Part shown: positions 1-12,899 of the stretch, piece after piece
How the letters are laid out: every line of letters begins with the position of its first letter
Position numbering within the stretch: the first letter of the stretch is position 1
Assembly: GCF_009834535.1 (NCBI RefSeq)
Contig: NC_045697.1
Location: forward strand, 47,370,001-47,434,000
Length of the DNA: 64,000 bases
Direction of reading: 5' to 3'
Source of the DNA: Camelus ferus
Taxonomy: Eukaryota
Program-made: the position numbers and the translations under genes
The notes under the pieces: model-generated
Seen by the model: only the letters and a program-made list of their open reading frames with translations
The model's database searches: none
What the model was told of the DNA's origin: nothing

Positions 1-1653
1 TCGAAGTAATAACATTTAGTAGGCATCATTTTCCCTAACAGTCATGCTATTGGTACATCTATCCTTCACTCTAATTAGAAGTTTTTTTTTTAATTTAAAA
101 ATATCAAGCCAAAAAAACGAAGCTCTCCTTTGTTAAATCTGGGGGAGTGTTTCATAATTTTAGAAATATCTAGATGAGACTTTATAGTCATCTCATGCAG
201 CCTCACATGCCTCCCTTCCCTTCACCCGAGATATTTTGTGGGAAGTTAGACTAAAGATACAAAAATTATTTCGATGCAAGTTGAAAACTACTTTATGCAC
301 TTGAGGCACAAGATGGTATAGAAAAGCAAAAATGATGTTTCAACAGTGCATGAGCCTGAAACAGAACTTTGAGTTTTCGATCCCTGATTCAGTGCTCTCT
401 CACACACCATTAACTTTAGAACACTGGAAAGAGTTCTGAATTTAGCTCTCTATTCGTTTAGAGTCTATTGTGTCATTGTACTGTACGAGCCACGTAAAAC
501 GCCTGGTCCCTTTATGAGGGCCAGGTTGATAGCTCTTTTGATGGGTTTCTCATGCATGGGTCACCATTTCACATTATATGACAGCATTAATCCCACTGCA
601 GCTGACTCCAACGGTTGGCATCTGACCATAGGTGGTGAGCAGCCAATGTACAGAGACGACCTGGTGGGAGAACTTTGCCCAAAACAATGCTTTCCACTAG
701 ACAGTGCCTTTCCAAGCCCATTGAATCTCTTCTTTTAGGGAGTGAGCTGTACAGAATTTTTTTAAAAAAAAGAGTAACAAAGAGGTGGGAAGAACCCCAG
801 AAATAAGGCATGAAACAGAAGCCAAGAATAACCAGAAACCATGGGCAAATGAAGCCTCAACTAGACGAGCACCATGTAGTAAGGGAGGAGAAGTTCCTTG
901 GTGTTGTCAGAACAGTGGAAGCAGAGAGGAGGGAGAAAGAGTTCCTATAATGGAGACATCAGCGCAGGGGAGCAGTGGATGTCTGATGCTGAGGGAGAGA
1001 CAAGACGGCTGAGTCCCGAGGGTAGTGCTGGGTCCTGAGCCTCCGCAAAGCTTGGCTACACACGGCTGAGAATATTTCCTTCTTTTACTTCCTGTGTATC
1101 ATTAATCCCCACTCACCAAGGGAACCCAGATGCAGCTCAACTCCTTGTAGCCTTAGACAGCTTAACTCACACAGATACAAGGCATCTGGTAACTCTGAAC
1201 AAAGACCACTTGTCGCATTTGCAAAATGACGGTCCTAAATGCTAGAACACTCACTTGGTGCTTAAGACTCAGACCTCAGCCTTGAGGATATTCATTCAAT
1301 AAATCTTTGAATTGATCCCCCAATGGCTCCAGGCACTGGAGATACAGCAGTGAACAAAACAGACAAAAATCTCCCTTTCATAGAGCTTATGTCGTAGGGT
1401 TGTTTGTACAGAAACGCTGAATTCCAAGGAGACTCTCCAGGCCAGTCAACTCATGGAGTGGTAACTCTTCCAAGAAACAGCAGGAAGTAACAAAGCATCT
1501 TGGGATAGAGCCCCTGGCTCTGGTGATGTTTTATATGCACATCTTGTTGAACAGAGGGAACCAGAAATGTTAAACACCTACAAGGTACCCACTTGTGCCT
1601 ATTATCGAGCAATTATCTCATCTACCCCAAATTTGCCCTTCTATACCTAGCTT

Positions 1654-2196
1654 TGTGGAGCTGAGGTTAGGACTTTGCAAAGTACATTTCTCTTCTGCCC
1701 CCCACACCCCAACTCCCTGCTAGATTCCACCAATGGGAGGAGTCGAGGGAGAATAGATGGAAGGCAGAAGGAGGAAAGAAGGACATGCTATTGGCTTGCT
1801 ATTCATGTCAGTGTCAACCCAGTGAAGGGCTTTCCCCCGACAGCAGCAGTTGGCTCCAGGCTCCAAGGACGAGTCACCTGCTTACATGTCTGTGGAGGTA
1901 CCAGCTCCAGCTGGACGGAGGTCCCTTCACAGAGATCTGCACCTCAATTCCCTAGGCATCTCCTCTGAGCCCCCGAAGCACCAGCACTGGAAAGCGGTGC
2001 CCTCTGAGCTTCTAGTTTCTGCAAACCCCAATCCCTTTCTCTGCTGTCCCTGCCCTGAGGGTTATACCTCCGTGCTACCTCTGTGTTTCCTTTCTGCTTT
2101 TTCAGTCCTCTCAAAGGTGTTTGAGCGATTCTCTCTATTAAATTCTGTTAAAACACCTCATACACTTCTGTTTTTCTGACTAGACCTGATTGGCAC
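1654..2196 (+). mobile_element. Old ERVL-type LTR (LTR33/LTR16-like)
   Basis: TG...CA ends; motifs CTTTGCAAAGTACATTTC and TTCCACCAATGGGAGG, with ATTAAA near the 3' end. Family from memory. Confidence 0.5.
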
Positions 2197-2351
2197 ATCG
2201 ACCATAAAATAGTCACTTTCCTACCAGTGGGGTTTTTACCTTCGAATGGGAATTTCTCACAGTAACCTCCCTAACATCCATCTGGGGACCAGTATATCCC
2301 TTCTTTGGCACTCTCCTGCTGCAGAAGCTCCCTGATACACAACTGACCTCC

Positions 2352-3093
2352 CTGATACAAAAACATAGAAACTGTTGTTCAGTAAGAATTGCGCAGGTCT
2401 TTGTCCCTGGTTCTTGGGAGGTAACCTCTAAATACTTGGAATTTCCCCAGTAACAGGAACGTCATTGTTATTCATGGTGGGTCCCCTGAACCACACCGGA
2501 GTCTATGCTAACAGGATGACTCAGGATGGGGCTCAGTCACACCAGAAAGACCAACCATGTGATTAAAGGGTTAAGGCTTTGAGCCACATTCCTGACATCC
2601 AGGGAGAGGATGGGGACTAGACATGGAGTTCAGTCATGTGGCCAGTGATTAAGTCAATCCTGCCTGTGTCATAAAACCCCAGTAAAAGCTCTGGACACCA
2701 AAGATCAAGTGCGCGTCCCTGGTTGGCAGTTCTACATCGCTGTGCAGGGAGGTGAGGCATCCTTCAGACATGGAAGCTCTGTGCTCAGGACCCTCCCAGA
2801 CTTTGCCCTGTGTATCTCTTCACTCGATCCGTCTTGATTTACGTTCTTTACAGAAAACCATAATTGTAAGTCTGGAGCATTCTTGAGTTCTGTGAGTCAT
2901 TCTACTGAGTTATTGAACCTGAAGGGAGAGTGAGGATCCTCTGAGTCTGTCACCATTTGGTCTGAAGTGCACGTGGCCAGGGACCACCTGAGCTTGTGGC
3001 TGGTGTCTGAAGCTAGGGTAGTTTTGTGGCGACTTGCCCTTAACCTATGAAGTCACTCTAACTTTGGGTTGTTGGTGTCAGAATTGCATGGCA
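2352..3093 (+). mobile_element. MER21-like LTR
   Basis: Motifs GGTCTTTGTCCCTGGTTC, AGAAAGACCAACCATGTGATTA and AAAAGCTCTGGACAC; homologous to 20603-21285. Confidence 0.7.
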
Positions 3094-3577
3094 GGCGCTT
3101 TCTACTTTCAAAACAGCTAGCAGACTATTAGGGCTTTTGCTAATTATACTGAACCCACATGAGCAATACATCCTCTAAATGGTCCATCTAATTTCTCACA
3201 CCAAAAATCATGAGGCTAATCTGAGTGGTTTTTAACATATAATATTAATATGCAATGATCTGAGTCTCTTACACTGATGAAAATGGTGGATTCAATTAAG
3301 CAGTGATTGCCGAGAGCAAAATTCACCGTAGTTACAATGTCATAAATACACAGCATTAATGGATTATTATGCAGCAGCTTCTAGCTCAGATCATATTAAA
3401 AATTTTCTCCAAAAATCCACAGTCCCTAGCCCATTTTAGAATGTATCCTCCTTTTAGTTTTACACATTTAGCCTTCTCAAAATCACCATGAAGAAGAGAT
3501 TGGCAGGTTTCTGGGAGAAGCAGCACTGGCCCGTACAGGTGTAAGCAAGAGTGAAGGGAAACAGAAAATAAGGTCAC

Positions 3578-3668
3578 CTGTGCAGTAGGCGTGGCCGATC
3601 TCCTTCATCTGCCGGCTTGTCCTGGTGGTTAAGATTTCAATCAGCGCATCTTCATTTGTCCCTGTGCC
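3578..3668 (-). CDS. ANXA3: Annexin A3 coding exon 6 (91 nt), GTGTNEDALIEILTTRTSRQMKEIGHAYCT
   Basis: Acceptor TTCTTCTTAG at 3670-3669 and donor GTGACC at 3577. Translation is annexin repeat II (GxGT motif) and matches the remembered ANXA3 sequence; phase 0 to 1. Confidence 0.97.
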
Positions 3669-4334
3669 CTAAGAAGAAAAAGGAAATCTATTTTTAGAAC
3701 ACTTCAAAAAACTTAGTTTCACTCATTTCAATCTTAATATCTTGGTTTACACAGATGAACAGGTTTTAGTAAATCAACGTAAGGTCCTATATAGCTCTAA
3801 ACTGGTTCTCGAATTTCCCTTACATTTTAGTGTTAAAATACCATGAATCATCTGAAGTTAACTGACATCAAAATTTTAAAGAAAATGTCCAACTCTAGAG
3901 AAAAACTCCATCGAGTAGTTCAAGGAAAAAACAGTATCAAGGGAAAGCCTATGTCATTCAGGATCAGAAGTAAGAATTCAAACATTATTACAATTAGAAA
4001 GGACTCTGCAATTCTCTCGAATTAGTTCATCCTTGTACCAATGCACTGGGTTGGTCAGCATGTATGATTCCCTTCATCCAGGGAGATCTTTTAAAGCCTC
4101 AATAATGTATGTCATGAGTGCACAGTTGGTTTGCAGACTAGTTATTCCTGAGTCCTGGTTTATATTGAGGTCACTGACTCACACTGTGACTCCAAGAAAA
4201 GCCATTTACACTAGGACTTGATCAAATAAGGCCAATATAGCTCACGGACAGAGGCTGAAATCTTTTATCTTCCTTGATTGGTAACAGAGCCCCCATTTTC
4301 AAGCTTAGTGTGTCTCTACCCAAATAAAGACCAG

Positions 4335-4745
4335 GAGATTATCATACTAAGTGAAGTAAGCCAGAAAGGGAAAGAAAAATACCATATGATATCACTTATA
4401 TGTGGCGTCTAAAAGAAATGACACAAATGAACTCATTTACAAAACAGAAACAGACTCACAGACATAGAAAACAAACTTACGGTTACTGGGGGAAAAGGGG
4501 GCAGGGGTGGAGGGATAAATTGAGAGTTCAGGATTAGCAGACACTAACTACTATATATAAAACAGATAAACAATAAGGTCCTATTGTATAATAGGGAGCT
4601 ATATTCAATACCTTGTAATGGCCTATAATAAAAAAGAATATGAAAAGGACTATATGTTTATTTGTATGTGTGTGGCTGAGACTATGCTATACACAGAAAT
4701 TAACCCCACATTGTAAACTGACTATTCTTCAATAAAATAGAAAGA
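4335..4745 (+). mobile_element. L1 3' end (cetartiodactyl type), 5'-truncated
   Basis: ATCATACTAAGTGAAGTAAGCCAGA...AAAACAGAAACAGACTCACAGACATAGAAAACAAACTTA...AATAAA plus A-rich tail. Confidence 0.9.
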
Positions 4746-5289
4746 AAGATACAATGGCTGGATGCTGAGCTGCCATCTAGCCGAGAAGTGTTATCTGTAG
4801 GCTGGAGGTGGCTGAGTCTCTGACAATGGTGGTGCCATGACACCCAGCTCTGGACTGCTTACTTTGGAGTTCTTTTGCCTAAGAGAGAGTGAGTCTAATT
4901 CAGTCAGTCATAAAGCCTTCTTTGAAAAAGAAGAAGTTCCACAGTCACCAGCCTGTGCTAAGAGTCCCAGCCTGCCCTTCCTAACAGCCTGCCCTGAAGA
5001 TTTTAGATCTGCCTGGTCAGCCTCATAATTGTGTAACCAATTCCTTGCAATAATCCCTCACTCTCTGTCTCCTGCCTACTGGGTCTGCTTCTTGGGGGAA
5101 CCCTGACTGATACAGATAGAATTTTAAACAGCCGCAGAGACAGACAGGAGACAGACCACGCTGGGAGATGTCGGTCATGATAAGGAGTTCGGATTTTAAG
5201 CAGTCAAAGCTTAAGGAGAAATCTGAGATTTCTGCCAGTGAAGAGTACAAGCTGATTCTAAAAATAAATTTATAGAAATAAGTTTGGCT

Positions 5290-5590
5290 GTTCTAAATAA
5301 TTTTGGCTACTCTATGGTGAATGGATTTGAAATGGGCAAAAATAGAGGCAAAGAGACCAGTTCAGAGGACATGGATGTGGTCCAGTTAGGAGATGAGAGT
5401 GGTTGAGCTAGAAGGATAGCAGTGGATTCGGGGAGACGTGCACACACTTTTGATAGATTCTGAAGTAGAGCTGATGGGCTTGCTGACACATTTGGGAGCT
5501 TTGAAGCATGAGAGAAAGCAAGGGATGAAGGCGAGTTCTAGGTTTTTGGCCCAAGCAATGGGGTTAAAGATGGTGCTTTACTCTCAATGA
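5290..5590 (-). mobile_element. L2 fragment
   Basis: Purine-rich L2-like motifs GAGACCAGTT, GATAGATTCTGAAGTAGAGCTGATGGGCTTGCTGA and TAGGTTTTTGGCC. Confidence 0.6.
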
Positions 5591-5864
5591 CAACAAAATA
5601 AGAGAACCTAACACCTCAGGTCAGAAAAAAAAAAACCAAAACAAAAACCAGCAAAAATAGGATATGACAATATCCTTTCAGGCCAGGAACGTGTGGGCTT
5701 AAGGTTCTGGGGCTGCTTCCCTTTCAGGGTTGTTCTACTGACTGGAGAGCACAGAGTCTCCAAATCGATCCCATTTCCACCGATATCTCAAGTGTGCCCT
5801 GGCAGAAAGTCACTCTTTTTGATAATCAAATCCTGGGCAGAAACGGCTTGTGTAGGGCTCCTAC

Positions 5865-5978
5865 CTTCATGGATTTCTTCAGCTGTTTTGCATCAAACAC
5901 TGCCGGTGGTGTCACGAGGGCCACCATGAGATTCTTCAACTCACCAGAGAGGTCACCCTTCAGGTCATCTTTCAGTTC
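5865..5978 (-). CDS. ANXA3: Annexin A3 coding exon 5 (114 nt), ELKDDLKGDLSGELKNLMVALVTPPAVFDAKQLKKSMK
   Basis: Acceptor TTTGTTTTAG, donor GTAGGA, phase 0-0. Matches ANXA3. Confidence 0.97.
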
Positions 5979-6759
5979 CTAAAACAAAGAAAACCCAAAG
6001 ACAAGAGCATGAAATAGTTCTCCTTTCTCTTCCTCCAAAGTCACCTAGTGAAAGATGAACGTGCCTGTGTGAATTCAGACAAAAGCACATCCATCCACAG
6101 GAGATAAACAGAAATGGTGAAAATATTTCTATGGATATTAATTTACATTTTACAATTGCTTCCAAAAAGTTCTGTTTTATAGAAGGCTTTCTGAGGGAAA
6201 ACCAATGGAGGAGGGTCTATGCATGCCACAGGTAGGAGCTGTGTATTCGAATTCATTTCCTGGGCCCTTGACACTCTGCTCTCCACACTAGGGCTGGGGT
6301 GAGGGAGAAGAAGGGGAGGGGGAGCCCCACAATTCACACTGAGCTTCACTGGAAGGTGCTCTGTTTCTGTCTTGTTTCTCAGTGACTCCTAAAGAGCTTC
6401 AAAGAGGAAGGGAAGGGAAGACAGCACACGAGTGTGTTGTCTTGCTCAGAAGCTTGGCAATTCATTTAAGTTGAACACTGTTTACTGTGTGCCTGCTCTG
6501 TGCCAGGCACTTAAAAGTGAGTTAGACACAGTCGTTACCCCTAGGACATTATGCCCTAATGGGAGAAACAGAAGTAGTCAAAGACAAAATTTCAACATAA
6601 TATGTTAAGTATCTGAGAAAGGAACACCGAGAAGGACATCTTAATGGAGCCTGGGAGCTTGGAGAACACTGCTGGATGGTGCCCCAGCTCTCTTGGGTGG
6701 TCCCCACACACTCTCAGTTCTGGACCCGATGCTCTGATTGGCCTGTGTTTCCACTCTTT

Positions 6760-7395
6760 CCCCTATACAGTTCATTAGTCCCAGCAGCTAAAATAATCTT
6801 TCAAATATATAAATAAGATAATAGCATTTCCTTTCTTACAAAATTCCAATTGTTCCCTATTATTCTTAGAATAAAATCTAAACTCTGTACCAAGACCGCA
6901 AGGCCCAGTGTGTTCTAAGCCTCTCTTCAGTCTCAGCTCTTCCCTCTGCCTCCCTTTACTGTCTGCACTCCTGCCATACGGGAACTTTTTCTGTTTCCTA
7001 AGTGTTCCCAGCTTGTTTTGGCCTCATGGCTTTTGCATTTGCTGGCCTTTCTGTCTGGAACGCTCTTCCCCGGCTCAAGCAGAGCAGACGTCTTGGTGGT
7101 GTTTAGTCTTAGTTGAGAGTAAGGACACAACCTCTCACTCTCGTCTCCTCACCACGTGATCTAAAGGAGCCATCACCATTCTCTAGCATATCACCCATTT
7201 TAATTCTTCCACAGCACTTACCAATATCTGAATTTATTTTACTTATATATTTACTATTTTTCTAATAGAATGTTAGGTCCATTGGAAAGAAAAGAGGATC
7301 TTTTTATTCTAGTGAATCGCCACTGTCTAGGGTATCTCCCGACACAGAGTAGTAACCAACCCCTGACACAGAGTAGTTTATTATTGAACAAGTAA
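6760..7395 (+). mobile_element. L2 3' region
   Basis: Motifs TTAGAATAAAATCTAAACTC and TTTGCATTTGCTG..CCTTTCTGTCTGGAACGCTCTTCC, with an L2-like terminus. Confidence 0.6.
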
Positions 7396-7540
7396 ACTGC
7401 ATGGAAAAGACACACAAAATGTTCTTAAATAGCTTTTGTATAGCTTCTGGTACTTAGTATGTTTTCATTCACTGAATGAATTAAAAAAAATCTGTAATTA
7501 CATAAACACATTGAAGTTGGAAGACAAAGAACATCTAAGA

Positions 7541-7751
7541 CAGGGTTTATCAGATGATTGATCAGATAACTCTTTGCTGTGGAGGATGGTCTTGTGACTT
7601 GTAGGAAGTTTAGCAGATTCCCTGACCTCCACCCACCAGATACCAGAAACATCCCTCTCTCTCCCATCAGTTGTGATAATCGAAACATTTGGAGTCATTG
7701 CCAAATATCCCCAGGGGAGCAAAATCATTCCCTCTGAGTTTAGAGCCACTG
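7541..7751 (-). mobile_element. MER20 (hAT-Charlie MITE)
   Basis: CAGGGTTT...CATTGCCAAATATCCCCAGGGGAGCAAAATC...CCACTG matches the MER20 reverse complement. Confidence 0.8.
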
Positions 7752-8003
7752 ATCCAAGGCAACCCTCCTTACTCAACAGATGAAGGTACTGAGGCCCCGC
7801 AAGATCAAATAACACGCCCAAGGTCATTCAGCCAGTGAAGGGCAAAACTTAAGACTCCTATTCCAGGCTGTCAACTGGATACACAAGGGCTTTTCTGTTA
7901 CACTTGGCCTGAAACAAAAGATCCGTGGGCATAATCATGGGGGAGCCGCCATGATCCATCAGTGATTAGCTCTTTACTGCCTGTTACGTTAACAGAATCG
8001 TAC

Positions 8004-8098
8004 CTTTCCATAGGCTGCTTGGTATTCCTTCACAATCAGCTGCCGCTGTGCATTCGACCGTTCAGCCAGAATGCTGATGAGCATGTTCTCATCCGTTC
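8004..8098 (-). CDS. ANXA3: Annexin A3 coding exon 4 (95 nt), (G)TDENMLISILAERSNAQRQLIVKEYQAAYGK
   Basis: Acceptor CCTTCACATAG, donor GTACGA, phase 1-0. Annexin repeat I. Confidence 0.97.
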
Positions 8099-8879
8099 CT
8101 ATGTGAAGGATAAATAATTTTATTCATCGTCAACCCAAATATGCTTAATAACTGTCATGAACAAAAGTACAATGATTAATGGTCTGAAACAAATGCAGAG
8201 AGGAGGGCATTTTAATTTTTAATTTCCAGATCTTCCCAGGTTGGCATCTTTATTTCCTTGATTGCCTGGGTTTTGCAAAAGAAAATGAACTTTATTTGGA
8301 TAGTCTGGGGGGCAGAAAACAATCATTGCCCAACATTCCTACCCGTATCAGACGAGGGAGTAGTACAAAGAACACGTTGCTTTTGAAGTAGGTTTTTTCA
8401 TCCTTATGAGGGTAAGTTACTATCTTATCACCTTTTATTTCTCTCTTATCTCCATATTTGACATCAGAATCATTTATTTCCTAGAAAAAAGGAACTGACA
8501 TTTGTTGAGAATCTACCACATACTAAGTACCTTTTATTCACTGTCATAGTTAATAATATTCACAGGGGTCCTGGACAGTAGGCATGATTAAGCCATCCTA
8601 AAGGAAAAGATACTAACACCTAGAGAACTTCTCTCATTTGCCAAAGCATGCAGCTTTTAAGTGGTGCAGCATGCACCTGAACCCAGATCGCTGCCTCCAA
8701 AGCATTATTTCTATCACTGGTCCACATCCCCTTCAGGCATTTCACATCCATATACTTAACCACCTGTGGTAAGCACAAGTATAAGGCTGATGCTGGCTTG
8801 CCTATAAACGACCTCCAGGTCACTATTTTCTTGGTAATTATAGTATTACAATAATGTGGGAAGTGGAGAGTAGTAAATT

Positions 8880-9070
8880 AAGAGTATGGGATTAACAGTT
8901 ACACACTACAATATATAAAATAGACACACAACAAGGACCTACTGTACAGCACAGAGAACTATATTTAATATCTTGTAATAACCTATCCTGGAAAAGAATT
9001 GAAAAAAAGAGAAGTAGACATACATATGTGTATGCGTATAACTGAATCACTTTGCTATACACCTGGAACC
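8880..9070 (+). mobile_element. L1 3'UTR fragment (cetartiodactyl type)
   Basis: GAGTATGGGATTAACAG...ACAAGGACCTACTGTACAGCACAGAGAACTATATT...ATAACTGAATCACTTTGCTATACACCTG. Confidence 0.85.
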
Positions 9071-10469
9071 AGTATGAAGGAAAAAAGGCAATGCAGGAAG
9101 CTGTGTCTGCTCCTGCGTGGCAGAGGACAGCCCCGAAGCTGGGGGCTGCGAGCTGACTTGTGCGCCTCGGGCTTGCATGACTAGCACGGTATGAAAGATT
9201 AGTTGGAACTCAAGGCTCAGTTTCCCTGTGTTGCGGTAACTCACAGACACCTTGGCTCCACAGGCCCGTGGCAGTGGTACACACTCTACATGAAAGATGG
9301 CACAAAAGAAACTGTACGTGATTAGCCGCTGGGCCTCCCAGTGAAAGATGCTGCCCCACTGTGTCTCTGGCCTTGTATTCTTCTACGGAGTTAAGTAAAC
9401 ACAGAATCTGATTAAACCCTTGTTGTGCCCTGTGAGTATGATCATCAGCTTGGACCTTAATGGCACCTGGGTTGGTGCACAGCTAGACACCTCCAACTAC
9501 AAGCATCTCAAACTCAGTCTGCTCCGGGTTGGATTCATTCTGTTTCTTCTCTAACTTGTCTTTCACTGTGTTCCCTCATCAATGTCACTGCTATAAATGT
9601 AGTCATCCAGCCAAAAATCCTGGGAGTCATCCTATACCTCATTCTTTCCCTTACTCTCTACATGGTAGCAACCATCTGCATCTCTTGAATCTGTTCTCTC
9701 CTCCTTCACTGTGCACTCATCATATTTTACCTAGAAACTTCAGTAGCCTCCTAACTTGACCTCTTTATCATTCATACTGTATATTACTGCCTCAGTAAAT
9801 GTTTTTTCTAAGCAAAAATTTTAAAATGCGTCTGATTATGTCAATCCCTTGGTTGAAACTCTAAAGATTCTCTGTAACATTCAGGATGAAGTTTGAGCCC
9901 CTTGGCTTGTACACCAACCAGTTCATTAGGCTCTAACTCCTGCCTCATGTCTCTGTTCTAACTTCCCAGCCCCTTCCCTGTGTCTCTATACCCTGTGCCC
10001 CTAGACTCCAGACGTTAACTAACTACCCACAGTTACATGTAGGTTGTATGCCAGGCAGTTTCTCCTCGCTTATTCTTGCACATGCTCATCACCAGAAACC
10101 AAACCAAGCTGCCTCATGGTTCAGAGACTGGATCTGACACATGCCTAAGGCCAAGGCCACCATGACACCTGGTTCTGGTGCTGGGAGTGGTGCTCACAAA
10201 CAAAAATCTCCTCCTCAAAGTGGGCCTGCAAACCAAAACACAAAAATTCACAGAGAAATATAATGTTAAGGGAGAAAGACAAGCAATAGACTTTGGAGAC
10301 CATTAATTCATTCAATTTGCCATTAACTGCATGGAAAAGTCTACTCAACACTGTGTATAAATAGGGAATCAAAGAGATTAATAAAGAAATAACTTTCACT
10401 TAAAAATAGAAAAAAACCTTAAATAGGCAGAAATAAAGTAATATTACACTGATAACTCTAATAGTATAA

Positions 10470-11750
10470 TTCATAAAACTTGACAAACTGACCCTAAAAT
10501 TCATAGGGGAGGGCAAAGAGCCAAGAAGGGCTCCTGCCTTACTAGACACCAAGTAGCAGTATTAAATTATAGTGGAAATTATGACAACGTGGTATTGAGA
10601 CAAGGAAAGGCACATAGACCAAGGAGGGTGTAACACAGGGCAGAAAAATAAAACTTATAAAAGAAAGGTGGCATTACAAATCAGCGTGGAAAGGATGACC
10701 TCTTCAATAAACTGCACTGGGACAATTACATAGCCACATGTGATAAAATAGAATTAGATTTAAGCACCCTGCACAAACATTAATTTCAGGCAGATTAAAG
10801 ATCTCAATGTGAAAAAAGTAAGACTGTAAAACTTTGAGTAGAAAATACAGGAGAATATCTTTATGAGCTCATTATAGAAAAGACACAGTAAGTATAAATC
10901 ATTACAAAGATACTGGTAAACAATTTCACTAAAGTTTAAAACTTCTATGCAATAAAATTGACTACAACCTATGTTAAATGAAAACCACAGACTGGGAAAA
11001 GATATTTTCATAGCTGGTAATTAAAAGTTTTGTATCCAGAATTTATTTAAAACAAAATTTGCCAAGTAAGAAAAAGACAACCCAACTGAAAAACAAAAAA
11101 ATATATGAAGAAGTAATACATGGAAAAGGTAGCAGATAAACAAGAAAGGATGCTTCACTGCATCAGTATGGGGGATGGGGAGGAGAGAGGAAGCAAACAG
11201 ATACAGAATGAGATACAATTGTAGACCCTCTCAATTGGAAAAACTAAACAGGACAATCACAGTAAGTATTGATGAGAACACAGAGCAAGAAGTCTCATAT
11301 ATTGCTGGTAGGGATGCTAATTCATATATTCATTTGAGAGAGCAGTTTTGGCAAGACTTCTGGTTAATTTGGAGGTGAACATCCCCTTCAACCCAGAGAG
11401 TCCAACCATTACATTCTAGAGAGATGTTAGCAAATGCGTACTAGGCTTAAGCACGACTATTCAATGCAGTGTTTTTATATTGTAATAGAAAAGAATTGTA
11501 GGCAATTTAAATGTCCCATCAATATTCCCATCTTATGATGCAATAATTCAATAGACTACTCTGCAGTTAAAATGAATGAACTAAAGCTAAACATATCAAC
11601 AAGCATATATCTCCAAAACATAATGTTAAGGGATAAAAAATAAGCTGCAGAAGAATATGTACAGTATGATTCCAATTTATACTGTATGAGACCCTGCAAA
11701 ACAAAATGTGCACACATATGGAGTTCCGAGCTACAAGTTTCACGGGAACA
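10470..11750 (+). mobile_element. Old L1 (L1M/L1ME-type) ORF2 end and 3'UTR
   Basis: A-rich decayed L1 motifs (CTAAAATTCATA, CTTCAATAAACTGCACTGGGACAA, ATTAAAGATCTCAATGTGAAA, AAATGAATGAACTAAAGCTA). Confidence 0.75.
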
Positions 11751-12095
11751 AATTCTAATTTAGAAAGGCGTTTATCTCCAGGGAACAGGGTGGGAATGAG
11801 ATCCCAGCAGAGTCAGCAGGGACTGTGTCTGTAATGACTTATGATGATGATGGTGATCATTGTTGGCAGCAGTGATGGTGATGGTGGTGTTTAATACTAA
11901 GTAAACATGGCAAATATTAAGATGGAATAAAACTGACTTCATGATACTTTTCCTCATTATTTCACAATTTAAAAAAGTGCTTCCAATTTCTCTCACTGAG
12001 TAAGGCGACTTGGGCAAACTGAACCTATGCATTTTTAGACTTAACGTTCCGGATTTGCTTCAACATTAAGAAAGGAATTGTAAAGCATTACTTAC

Positions 12096-12183
12096 CGATT
12101 CCTCTGATTGCCTTACGAATAGCTTCAGCATCCACTGATGGGCTAAAACCTGGATAATCTCTCACTGTCCCTCGGTGTCCAAC
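12096..12183 (-). CDS. ANXA3: Annexin A3 coding exon 3 (88 nt), VGHRGTVRDYPGFSPSVDAEAIRKAIRGI(G)
   Basis: Acceptor TTTTTTTTCTAG, donor GTAAGT, phase 0-1. Characteristic ANXA3 N-terminus. Confidence 0.98.
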
Positions 12184-12739
12184 CTAGAAAAAAATATCTG
12201 ACAGTCTCACTGGTTCAAAACGACATCTTTATTTATACTACATATGCATAATCCCCTATGCCCACTGGAAACCCATAACAAACCCATAAGTTGCACACCT
12301 TCTTATCACTTCAGGAGTAGTTCAAGAGAGTCTCTCTGCCCTGGACATGCAGGCAATGCAACAACTACCACATATACAATAGGCCTCCTTCTTTTTCTCT
12401 CTTGTATAGCAATTTGGAAACATAAAACATTCATTCTCTAGAGCAATGACTTGTGTTCATCCTGGTGATTGAAGAATACTATCTTTAAAGTGGCATCTGC
12501 ATGAAAGCCATGAGAAAGTGGGAATTTCCTACCTCTGAAAGCAGCTCTTTTGCCCCTTTCTTACTTGCTCACTTATGCCCCCCTCTAATCTTAAAAGAAC
12601 CTAATTATAGGAATGAGATCACTAAGCAACTGAAACTAACTTGCCTACTTTGTTGATTCTTTTCCTAGATAAAAAGAAGAATGAAGTTAGTTAAGCAGCT
12701 ACAGAATGATTAACTCTCTACCTGCAACAGCCAAAACTC

Positions 12740-12899
12740 ACAGCTGAACAGAATCTCTGGAGCTGGTCTCTGGACATGAGTCCACCTTCTCCCCAGATTG
12801 TTGGCTTTTCTGATTAAAGCACCTTTCCTTTCTATTGACACCTGCCTCTTGATTACTGGCTTTTGAGTGGCGAGCAGCTGAACCTGAGTTTGGTTAACA
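12740..12899 (+). mobile_element. ERV LTR 3' portion
   Basis: ATTAAA signal followed by GGCTTTTGAGTGGCGAGCAGCTGAACCTGAGTTTGGTTAACA, a typical LTR U5 end. Confidence 0.65.

Noticed and set aside
1..3500. ANXA3 exon 7 (expected YKKSLGDDISSETSGDFRKALL-like)
   Set aside because: Not found by eye; presumed to lie beyond the left edge of the window.
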